Source: Scyliorhinus canicula
Taxonomy: Eukaryota
Direction: 5' to 3'
NCBI RefSeq assembly: GCF_902713615.1
Contig: NC_052153.1
Location: forward strand, 190,254,826-190,318,825
Length of the DNA: 64,000 nt
Shown here: in pieces, positions 39,023 to 50,284 of the stretch
Position numbering within the stretch: the stretch's first letter is position 1
How the letters are laid out: each line of letters starts with the position of its first letter
The notes under the pieces: generated by a model
Database searches by the model: none
Seen by the model: only the letters and a program-made list of their open reading frames with translations
What the model was told of the DNA's origin: nothing
Translations under genes and position numbers: made by a program

Positions 39023-41280
39023 CTTTTTTTTTAAATAAGCATTTTATTGAGGTACCTTTGGTATAGTAACAACAAGATAAACAATATACATGAAACCATA
39101 AACATAGTGCAAAAGCCTTTTGTGCAGGTCCGACCCTTATTGACCCCCTACTCTAATCTAAACTGCTCACACTCTGGAAACTACCCTGCCCTGAATCCCT
39201 TTTAGCGGTAGGAGTGGGAAGGTTGACACCTGTTTACGAAGAAAGTCCCGCACCTGCAGATACCTGAATTTGTTTCCCCTTGCCAACCCAAACTTTTCCT
39301 CCAATGCCCTCATACTTGGAAAGCTCCCTTCTATGAACATATCCCCCATCCTCTCAATCCCCGCTCTCCGCCATAACCGGAACCCCCTGTCCATACTCCC
39401 CGGGGCAAACCGGTGATTATCACAGATTGGGGCCCAGACCGATGCTCCCACATGCCTCCTCCATTGGCCCCAACCTCTCGGGGCCGCCACCACCGCTGGA
39501 CTGGTGGAGTACCGTGCCGGCGGGAACGGCAGAAGGGCAGTTACCAATGCCCCCAGACTGGTGCCCTTGCATGAAGCAGCCTCCATACGCACCCATGACG
39601 ACTCCTCCACCACCACCCACTTCCTGATCATGACTATATTATCCGCCCAGTAATAGTCGCTAAAATTTGGCAGTGCCAGCCCGCCCTCTTCCCAACTCCA
39701 CTCAAGCATTATCTTTCTTACTTGCGGGGTCTTGCCCCCCAGACGAAGCCTGTGATCACTCTGTTAACCCGCTTGAAAAAGGACCGTGGAATAAAGATGG
39801 GGGAGACACTGAAATACAAATGGGAATCTTGGGAGGACCGCCATCTTCACCATTTGCACCCTCCCAGCCAGAGACAACGGAAGCGCGTCCCATCTCCGAA
39901 AATCGTCCTTCATTTGGTCCACTAGCCGGGCCGGGCCAGATTAAATTCATGCAGCAGGTCCCATTCCTGCGCCACTTGGATGCCTAGGTGCCTAAAGCTT
40001 CCCTCTACTAACCTAAACGGCAACTCTCCAGTCGCCTCTCCTGTCCCCTTGCCTGGACCACAAACATCTCACTCTTTCCCATATTAGGTTTATACCCTGA
40101 AAACCGGCCAAATTCCCCGAGAGTCCTCATGATTTCTTCCATCCCCTCTATTGGGTCTGCATAGAGCGAAACCCTGTGCTCGGATTGAGATCAGCCCCCC
40201 GACCACCGCCATCAGTGCATCCCACACCACCGCTGCTGAAATTTCCCCTGTCATTGACCTGCAGGTAGCTCTGAATACATTTCCTCAGCCGCTCGAACAC
40301 CCCTTCATCCGCCAAAAGTCCCACATCCAACCTCCAGTGCGAGTGCTGGTTACTGTCTTTACTAACCTGCAGGTCAACCCAGTGCGGAGCATGGTCTGAG
40401 ATTGTAATCGCCGAGTACCCCGTGTCCACCACCCCAGCCAGCAAGGCCCTGCTCAAAATAAAGAAATCAATCCGGGAGTACACTTTTTATGCATGTGTGA
40501 GTAGAAGGAGAACTCCTTCACACTCGGCTGCCCAAATCTCCATGGATCCACCCCCACCCCCCCTCATCAGCTCCATGAACCTTCTTAGTTCCTTTGCCAT
40601 TGCTGGCACCCTACCCGTTTTTGAGCTTGACCAGTCCAATCCAGGGTCCATAACTGTGTTGAAGTCCCCTCCCATGACCAAACTGTGCGAGTCCAGGTCC
40701 GGTATCTTCCCCAGCATCCTTTTTATAAACTCCACATCATCCCAATTTGGCGCATACACATTTACTAATACCACCTGCACCCCCTCTAGCTTCCCACTGA
40801 CCATAATGTACTGACCTCCCACGTCCGAGACTATTCTACCCGCCTCAAACACCACCCGCTTGTTGATCAGGATCACGACCCCTCCAGTCTTTGAATCTAG
40901 TCCTGAGTGAAAGACCTGACTGACCCAACCTTTCCTCATTCTAACTTGGTCCGTCACTCTGAGGTACGTCTCCTGCAACATTACCACGTCCGCCTTCGAT
41001 CCCCTAAGATGCGCAAACACACGTGCCCTTTTGACCGGCCCATTTAACCCTCTAACATTCCAGGTGATCAGCCTAGTTGGGGGGCTCACTTCCCCCCCCC
41101 CCCCCCCCCCTCCCTGATCAGCAATCCCCTTTTTTTGACCCGCCTCCAGCCCGTGCTCCGCGCCTCCACCGGCAGCCCCCATCCCCAACCTCCTCTCTGT
41201 CCCTCATCCCAAGTCCCTCCCTCGTCAGCAGAACATTCAACCCCATCCCCAGTAACAACACCCTGTAACCCAATCCCTTT
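39023..41280 (-). mobile_element. L1 LINE, 5'-truncated, with most of the RT deleted
   Basis: APE ORF 41188-40487 (ITWNVRGLN, NVYAPN, GGDFN, SRIDFF, SDH) joins post-RT sequence at about 40148. AATAAA plus A-tail at about 39023-39047. Same family as 273-4969. Confidence 0.9.
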
Positions 41281-41400
41281 GCAAAACAAAACACTGCTTG
41301 TTGCAGCACTAATAGGTGGTTTTATTTTTCTGCTCCCATCTAAATGAACCAAAATGAACCAATGACTTTAATTTTTTTTAAATTTGTCCATTTGTTTCAG

Positions 41401-41626
41401 ACTCTGTCAGATTTTTGATGCAGACGACAAACAGCAACTGTTCAGAACTTACAATGGTCTGGAACAGGAAGCCAGAAATCTACAGCAGGAAGTTATTTCT
41501 TTAAAGGACCAATTGGGAGCAACCCAGCGTGAGCAATCATGCCTCTGGTCTGCACTAGAATCTGACATTGAGAGATTTCGGAATGTTATGTATTCTGGGT
41601 CCAACAAACTCCTGCTTCATCATGAG
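41401..41626 (+). CDS. HAUS3: HAUS3 coding exon 3 (226 nt)
   Basis: Acceptor TTTGTTTCAG completes the split codon AG|A. LCQIFDADDKQQLFRTYNGLEQEA. Donor GAG|GTAATT, phase 0. Confidence 0.93.
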
Positions 41627-44547
41627 GTAATTTTGTATGTAATCTATTTCGTAACACTGTATTAAACGTGTATTGCTTTGATTGACATGGGAGAGGTGGG
41701 TGAGATGATGGAATTGGCTAAATGTAGCAAAATTGTGGAGACAATTACTTGATACAAATCATTATTCAAAAACTTTTTTAGTCTAATAATGGATCACTAG
41801 GTTTGAAATAAGTTTCATAAAAACTGTCAGGTGAGTTGCAAGAATACATCAACTTTGATTCTGTGGACTAAGATGATAACTTTCCAATGGCTAACTCCCA
41901 GTGGTCATGGCTCGGTACAAACTTAGACTCCAGAAAGGAACAATTATAATGCAATGACACTTGAATCCCAAACAAGGACTTTGTCATAGTTCATAGAATT
42001 TACAGTGCAGAAGGAGGCCATTCGGCCCATCGAGTCTGCACCGGCTCTTGGAAAGAGCACCCTACCCAAGGTCAACACCTCCACCCTATCCCCATAACCC
42101 AGTAACCCCACCCAACACTAAGGGCAATTTTGGACACTAAGGGCAATTTGTCATGGCCAATCCACCTAACCTGTACATCTTTGGACTGTGGGAGGAAACC
42201 GGAGCACCCGGAGGAAACCCACGCAGACAAGGGGAGAACGTGCAGACTCCGCAGACAGTCACCCGAGCCGGGAATCGAACCTAGGACCCTGGAGCTGTGA
42301 AGCAACTGTGCTAACCACTGTGCTACCGTGCTGCCCAGCTCCTCCCTTTCTATTACCTTTGCATTACCTGTCCAAATACTGTTTCAGACAAAGTTTCTAC
42401 GCCACTTTAGCAACGTATCCAGGATTTTCAACTTCCCCTTTAGAATTTCTTTGGCTTAACTGCTGTACAAAATGGTCATAATTGCTTTAACTCTCGATTC
42501 CCAGACTCTATTAAATGGTACCAAACTTTTAATTTATCTCTGAAGTTGGCTTTCCCACTTTAGCTCTGGTTTCTGCAGCTTTCTCTTTCACACGTAACTA
42601 TTTATTTGCTTCTCCCTTTGAATTTGCCTGAACAATACCTTGGTCTCTGTTCTCTTCAGTGTTCTGCCATTTTTTCCACCCCAATTGCCTGTATCTCGTT
42701 CTTTGGGAAGTTTGCCTCTTTGCAGCTCTCTTGTCCTGTCCAGCTTCTGGCAGAGTTATGAGATGTTCACATCCTGGTGTCCTCCAACTGCAAACAAAAT
42801 TCAAAAACCTTTTCTACCTTGCAAGGTCCCCAGTTGCTGAGCAACCACTGCTTCTTTGCCGGCCTCTATTTACTCTTCGTGCTGTAATCCTCTCCCAAGT
42901 ACAATAGAAACACACTTAGAATTGAAACCACCCCCCACACATACAAACACCCTTTCTCAACATGAATCTAACTGTAGGTTTTACCCTTCCAAGCATAGAA
43001 ACATTAAAGTAAACCTACTTAGAACTATACTTTATTTCTAATATTTACCAATACAAATCTAAAACCCTATTTTCCTAATCTATCATATCCAGATGTTATC
43101 CAGGAGAAGGCAGGAGAATGGGGATGAGAAACATATCAGCCATGATCGAATGGTGGAGCTGACTCAATGGGCCGAATGGCCTAATGTCCAGTGGGGCTGG
43201 TTTAGCACAGTGGGCTAAACAGCTGGCTTGTAATACAGAGCAAGGCCAGCAGCGCGTGTTCAAGTCCCATACCAGCCTCCCCGAAAAGGTGCCAGAATGT
43301 GGCGACAAGGGGCTTTTAACAGTAACTTCATTGAAGCCTACTTGTAACAATAAGCAATTATTATTATATTATATTTCTGCTCCTACATCTTATGGTCTAA
43401 TGTTCTAAATTAATTCTTGAAAATTTGACTGTTGGTTAGTTTGCATTTTGATTTGCCTGTTGAGACTTGATAAAATCCTTTGCAGAGCTGAGTGTGCAGA
43501 GCTCTCTTTGGTGCACTCTGTAGGTGTTGCACATGGCTGTCTTTACGAAACAAACCCCAATCTGGCTCTTCTGGGCGGTCAAAGAAGTTACCGAGGAAAA
43601 AAAATACCTGCCGAAATATGGGTTGTTGTATCTGTAAAATCTCAGATACTTTGACCAGTATTTTAATCAAAAGTTTTACCGAGATGTATTTATTATTGAG
43701 GAGAACAAAGGACAGCACAAGTATAATGGCAAACCAATTTTATTCAACAACAACAGTATTTACCCTTAAATTAGCCCAAAACCATGTACAAAAGATTCCC
43801 AAGATTCATTATACTACCTATATTGATGAACTCTGTTAAGCCATGCGATCGATTCCACGGGGTCGGTCTTTGTTGCGAAGATGGGGCTTGCATGCTGCTT
43901 CCTGTCACCTCTGGTCAGATGTCTCAATTGCCTCGGTATGGAGTCTTCACTGCAGGGAGGTCCAAGGATTTGATTTCTGAAATGAAATGAAAATCGCTTA
44001 TTGTCACAAGCTGCACACTCAGCTCTGCAAAGGCTTCAAATGAAGTTACTGTGAAAAGCCCCTAGTCGCCACATTCCGGCGTCTGTTCGGGGAGGCTGGT
44101 ACGGGAATAGAACTGTGCTGCTGGCCTGCCTGGGTCTGCTTTCAAAGCCAGCGATTTAGCCCTGTGCTAAACCAGCCCCCTTGTACACCCCCCCCCCCCC
44201 CCCCCCCCGTGTTTTCCCAGAAACTCCTCTGCCTTTCAGCCACTGAGGCCTTGGGAGAGGGTCCCAACACCCAAAGGATTAAATGATGACTGTTTGACAG
44301 GACACCGGGGCCCATCCCCCAGGTGTCCAACTCTGATGGTGTTGTTTGCACATATCCTGTGGCCATATAAGGTAACGGCAGGAACTCTGGGTGCCAGCAA
44401 GTCTGGCTCAATCTGGGCAAACCCAAACAAATCTCTGCATATCAATAGAATCGATGATATCCTGATGTGTGATCAACAGGGCAGGTCCAGACATGTTCTG
44501 GCAATTTGTCTTTGGGTTGTGTACTGTATTTGACTTTGGTTAAGTAT

Positions 44548-44764
44548 GATGTGGATATGCCGGCGTTGAACTGGGGTGAGCACAGTAAGAAGTCTTACAA
44601 CACCAGGTTAAAGTCCAACAGGTTTGTTTCAAACACGAGCTTTCGGAGCACTGCTCCTTCCTCAGGTGAATTAATTCATTCCCCTGAGGAAGGAGCAGTG
44701 CTCCGAAAGCTCATGTTTGAAACAAACCTGTTGGACTTTAACCTGGTGTTGTAAGACTTCTTAC
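44548..44764. mobile_element. 217-bp Penelope pLTR-derived palindromic element with one hammerhead on each strand
   Basis: 83-bp inverted arms (44584-44666, 44683-44765) with one mismatch. TSD TTGGTTAAGTAT at 44536-44547 and 44765-44776. Confidence 0.85.
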
Positions 44765-45850
44765 TTGGTTAAGTATAAATTCTTGTCAGCCTGCCTGAGG
44801 TTTGACTGCAGTTTGATATATCGTATCCAATTTTTAAATTCAAGATATCCAATTTAATTGGGGCTAAAACTAGGCCGTGCCTGGTGACCACAAGGTGCTT
44901 TTCCAGGTTAGGGAATCTGTTCATAAAGAATACTAACCACAGTTCAGATATCTGGCCTAATAGTGCTCAAAATAAAAACTCAGCAGCTGGTCTGGCAGTA
45001 TCTGTGGAGAGAGAAAGGCATGTGATGTTTTTGAGTCCAATACGAGTTCTGAAAAGGAGAGGTAGAACTGTGATGATGGGGTTTTATGCTACTTAGCCAT
45101 AAAACTAAAGCATTCTGCTTTATTCTATTGTATTTTTCTTTAATAAATTTAGTGTACCCAATTAGTTTTTTCCAATCGAGGGGCAATTTAGCATGGCCAA
45201 TCCACTTACCCTGCACATCTTTGTGTTGTGGGGGTGAAACCCACACAGACACTGGGAGAATGTACAAACTCCACACTGACAGTGACCCAAGGCTGGGATC
45301 AAACCAGGGACCTCGGCGCTACAAGGCAACAATGCTAACCACTGCGCCACCGTGCTGCCCGCTTTATTCTATTATTAACACTTACTCTACTATTACCCTT
45401 TTGTCTCATGACATGTTTACCATTGAATCTCCCTTCCCCTCTACCCTATTCCTTTTTTATACTTCCCCTCCGTCCTTTTTAAAAGCATAAATCCCAACAT
45501 GTTCCTACCTCAATCAGTTCTGAAGAGTCGTATTGGCTTCGCGACAAATATTGTCGGAAATGAGATTTTTCTGCACTTCTGGTTTTTATTTCAGGGCTGT
45601 GACATCTGCAGGATTTCTCTTTTATTCAAGTAGTGCTCGATCCTCATGCGCATTTTTCATTCTTCTCCCTGAGCAAAAGCACCCATAAAGAATACTAACC
45701 ACATTTTTGAATAAACGAACCACAGTGTTGAGGGACTAACGATTCATATCACTGCTATAAATATATATTTCCAGTATCTTTTTTTGAAGTGATTTCACTA
45801 GTGTTCACTGGTACCGCTAAAGTTTGATAATTTGCTTGTTTATTTCGAAG

Positions 45851-46084
45851 GAACTGTCTGAACCTCTTCAAAAATTGGAATGCGAATTGCAGAGACTGCC
45901 GGAAATCATTGGGAATATAGCTGATGACATCAAGTCCAAACGGCAAATTTTGGGAAGCAACTTGAATCGTCAAGGCGAGAGAGTTCTTTATGTTTATTTC
46001 TTCCAAGATCCTGACAAATTGAAGGAGATTGTAGAGAATCTGGAGCGGAGGGTTAGGGCACAGAAGATTGGATCGGAGAGCTGA
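45851..46084 (+). CDS. HAUS3: HAUS3 last coding exon (234 nt including TGA)
   Basis: Acceptor TTGTTTATTTCGAAG. ELSEPLQKLE...ERVLYVYFFQDPDKLKEIVENLE matches the HAUS3 C-terminus. Total CDS 1803 nt = 600 aa. Confidence 0.95.
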   Translation, partial: ELSEPLQKLECELQRLPEIIGNIADDIKSKRQILGSNLNRQGERVLYVYFFQDPDKLKEIVENLERRVRAQKIGSES

Positions 46085-46253
46085 TGTGTAACCTACAAGC
46101 AGAAAGCCTCACTGGTGAAATGTTGTATAAAAGGCTTCTCGAACATGAACATCTGTGGATAATTGTATAGTAACATTCGGAAACCAGAAAAAGAAAATTC
46201 TAGATTTATGATGGAAGAGAAATGTGAATTGCATTTGAGCATTTTATGCTCTT

Positions 46254-46259
46254 AATAAA
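46254..46259 (+). terminator. Probable HAUS3 polyadenylation signal (alternative at 46581-46586)
   Basis: AATAAA 170 nt after the stop, followed by T/GT-rich sequence. Confidence 0.6.
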
Positions 46260-47419
46260 ATATTCATCGAGCACTATTTTACATTATTTTGTATGTATTG
46301 AATGTTCCAGTCCCTCTCTCCACCAAGAGACCAATACTTTGTTTTTAATTTGGTTCAATTAAAATGCAGCAATAGACATGTTTTTTTGTGGTCATTTGAA
46401 TGTTTGCACATCCTCTCACATTGCATTTATCAGTGATATTTATTTTTAATGGTTAACAATTAAATATTTGCGGTTCCTGTATTCTCGAATCCATTTTTGG
46501 TGGTGGTTACTGTGATGCAGCAAAATTGACAATTGTATTGCACCTTTTGCATCTTAATGTCCCAAAACCATTTCACAACCAATAAATTACTGAAGTGTGT
46601 ACTTGCTGTTTGTAGGCAAATATTGCAGTTGATTTGTGCACAATTAATATATAAATGACCATTTAACCATTCTGTTGGTGTAGGTTTAGATTGCCATGTT
46701 GGGCATTATAATGGAAAGCCTCTGCTGCTGGTGTGTTTAGTAGTAAGGCCTCCTGTTCATGTTGTAAGCAAGCGTTCCTTGGTTTAATGACTCATTTGAA
46801 AGATAGTGACTCTGACAATTCAGAATTCCCTCGGTGGTTCATTGAAGTGTGAGGCTTGAACTCGCCACCTTTGAATCCATGAGTGTTATGAGTTGAAGTG
46901 CCACTTTACTTTGTTCAGTTGTAAACATCTTCACTATAAACTGCAAATGGTATTGTCATAATTACGAGTTGTTTATTGCTCCTTCCGTCTCTTTTAGATA
47001 CATTTTGCTTAATTTTTTGTAAAGGTTTTTAACTATCTTTATTGTGTGCATGATTAAGGCTTAGTCGTAATTTTTCTACTGCACCAGTTTTAATCTAGCA
47101 TAAGTGAGAATACAGTCTTAAACTTTTCCTCCATTTCTTCTCATAAAGGCAAGAAAGCAGATGTCGAAACCTGTTTAGTTGAGTATGCACCTCTGGGATT
47201 TCTCTTGGAAAATCAGTTCCCCAAAATGCTTTTTGGCAACTTTAATGTTCATAAGGAGAATGGTCTTTCTGCAGTAAGGATATCCAAGTCCCACAAGTCC
47301 AGACCTCGGAACGGTTTATATCAGCCCTGCTGGCCTGGTGTGGCCTATGATCCACACTGCATGGTTAACTCTTATTGGCCTCTGGGCCATCAAGGATGAG
47401 CAATCAATGCAGTCTTGCC

Positions 47420-47930
47420 CATAAGACCTAGGAGCAGAATTAGGCCACTTGGCCCATCGAGCCTGCTCTGCCATTCAAACATGGCTGATATTTTCTCATC
47501 CCCATTCTCCTGGCTGCTCCCCAAAACCCCTGATGCCCTTATTAATCAAGAACCTATCTAGCTCTGTCTTAAAGACACTCAGTGAATTGGCCTCCACAGC
47601 CTTCTGCGGCAAAGAGTCCCACAGATTTACCACCCTCTGGCTGAAGAAATTCCTCCTCATCTCGGTTTTAAAGGATCAGCCTTTTAATCTGAGATGGTGT
47701 CCTTTGGTTCTAGTTTTTCCTACAAGTGGAAACATCCTCTCCACGTCCACTCTATCCAACTCTCGCACTACCTTGTACGTTTCAAAAAGATACCCTCTCA
47801 TCCTTCTAAACTCCGAGTACAGACTGAGAATCCTCAAACGTTCCTCATACGACAAGTTCTTCATTCCAGGGATCATTCTTGTGAACCTCCTCTGGAACCT
47901 TTCCAAGGCCAGCACATCCTTCCTTAGATC
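47420..47930 (-). mobile_element. CR1 3' fragment
   Basis: LRKDVLALERFQRRFTRMIPGMK, closely similar to the copy at 15972-16918. Confidence 0.85.
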
Positions 47931-49078
47931 CTGCATGTTGGTTTCTGAAATGACACCCACCCAAACGCTACTGGAAACTGATATCCTGTTGGGATGGTAC
48001 AAACACATTAATGGGAAACTTCTGAGTTCTGATAGTTGGCTGGATTTAATTTTGGAATTAACAAGTTTATTTAAATGTTAACCAATTGCAATTTTCCATG
48101 TTTGAAGTAGTTTGAGAGGAAAAAGAAACTGCCAAGCAGTTCAGGCAGTAGAGCCAGACTGGCAGACACTTGCAGTTCCATAAGTCAGTTCTGAAAGCAT
48201 TCTGTTAGTAACAGAGGGCAACACATTCTGGCACCTATTGCATCTTGTACAGGAACACTTATCTCAGATGAGCTTGTAGAAGATATGATAGTCGCCCTAG
48301 TGGCAGGTAAAGTCATTAATTTGTGTCTGTTCCTTTTCAGTTTAGTGTGGAGATCACCTTGTTGATCAATGTACTGCTCAAATAGTAGACCGTTCCCATT
48401 GATGATATCATTTTCTTTCCCAGCAGCAGAAACACAATAGTTGCCTGTTGCTACTGCTTCAGTTTCTACATAGAGTTCTTGATGGCAGTCATGGCCATTG
48501 AGGCATCAGGCTCCTGTTTGTTCTTGTGCCCTTATGTCTCACCTGAAGCTGCTTTTTCATGAATTATCATAGCATTATAGCTGGAACATTGTGTCCAACT
48601 CTGGGCACAACCTTTTCGTGGGGGGGTGGGCAGGCGGTCTGGTCTTTGAGAGGGTGTAGAGCTGCAAAGCAAAATACTGCAGGTGTTGGAAATCTGAAAT
48701 GAAAACAAAATTCTGGACATTCTCAAGTGTGATGACATCTGGGGAAAGAGAAAACAAGATTAACATTTTCATCACCGATTTTCAGATAATTGGCAAAGTA
48801 GAGGAGATTAAGTAAATTTTACACTTGAGTAAATGATATTCATTGCCTGAAACGTCGGTGGATGCAGATTCAGTAGTAACTTTAAACAGTAATTTGGTTT
48901 ATTGCTTGATGTTGAGTAATAAATGCCACTTTCCATTTGTGCATATTTGTGAAAGTATTTTTGGTCATAATTTAAAGCTCTGCTCAGAAATCGATGCTAT
49001 AAATAAGACATTTTAAGAATCGGAGTACAGTTAGGATTTATGATCTTTTTTCTGTTTGGTTAGCATCCAGGCAATAAG

Positions 49079-49208
49079 ATGGAAAATGTGTCTCATAACT
49101 GGTGTGCTGGATTGGATCCTAACCACCAACAATTATCTACACCGGCTCAGCAGATTATCAAAGCCATTCGATATGAGCATATAAAGAGAATGCAAACCAA
49201 CAAATGCT
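49079..49208 (+). CDS. POLN: DNA polymerase nu, first coding exon (MENVSHNWCAGLDPNHQQLSTPAQQIIKAIRYEHIKRMQTNKC); rest of gene lies beyond or was not found in the window
   Basis: Polypyrimidine tract with TAG (49061-49063) or CAG (49068-49070) acceptor. AAGATGG Kozak context. Donor T|GTGAGT, phase 1. Resembles recalled human POLN N-terminus [28 protein letters not shown], in the expected position after HAUS3. Confidence 0.82.
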
Positions 49209-50284
49209 GTGAGTGTCAAAAGGGTTCATGATGAGCTAAATTAGATTTTGCAGCCACCAATGCACCGCAGAAGATGTCCTTGTGGTAATTCAGGTTTACA
49301 TTTAAATATTTGAACATGTTACAGAATAGGGGAGGCACAATGGCCAGCATTGCTGCCTCAGCGCCAGGGACCCTGGTTTAATTCCGGCCTTGGGTGATTG
49401 TGTGGAGTTTGTACGTTCTCCCCGTGTCTACTTAGGTTTCCTCTGGGTGCTCTGATTTCCTCCCACAGTCCAAAGATGTGTGGGTTAGGTGGATTGGCCA
49501 TGCTAAATTTCCAGGGATTTGCAGGTTGGATTATGGGATTACAGGGATAGGGCACGGTTGACAGTTGTAAATGGGCAGAGTTCAAAGGGTCGGTGCAGAC
49601 TTGATGGGCCAAATGGCCTCCTGCACTGTAGGGATCCTTTTTAAAAAAAAAAAAAACCAAAAGCACTTTTACATGTACACTTTTGATTTCACGAGGACTG
49701 CATATGCATTGGTTTTGGGGAAACCGAGTTAACATTTCTGGCCTGTGAAATGTTAACTCTGTTTCTCCACAGGCGCTGCCAGACCTGCTGAATATTTATA
49801 GCATTTTATGTTTCAGATTTCTGGCATCTGCAGTGTTTCACTTTTGCATTGGTTTAGGGTCTGTTCGTTGTTCAAGATTTTAAAAGATCATTTTGTCCAT
49901 CAGGCCAGATGTGAAGGATTTGAACATATTATCTATACTGACTTGTCAGTGTAGTGTTGAATTATTAGGTGTGCTGAGGCCTTATTTTAGATGTGCATTA
50001 AAGGTTCTGTGGCACAATTTGAAGCAAAATCAGGGAATCTTTGTCGTGAGGCCAATATTCTTCATTGCCACCCCAAAATTTGTCAATTATTCTCATTGTC
50101 GTTTGTGACGCTTTGCCGTATGCAAATTGACTGTCAGGTGTTGCATTTCACAGCACTATGGCATGTCTCCCAGGAATGTGTGATGATGCTATATGGATGC
50201 AAATCTTTTCTTTCTAGATCAATGGCTTTTGATTAATGTCCCTATTTTGTATATTATTGAAGATGTGCAACAAAAGCAATTTAT

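Noticed and set aside
47935-48650. Unique-looking stretch between HAUS3 and the POLN exon as an extra exon or transposase remnant
   Set aside because: The reading frames I checked contain stops and no motif could be assigned. It needs a translated database search.
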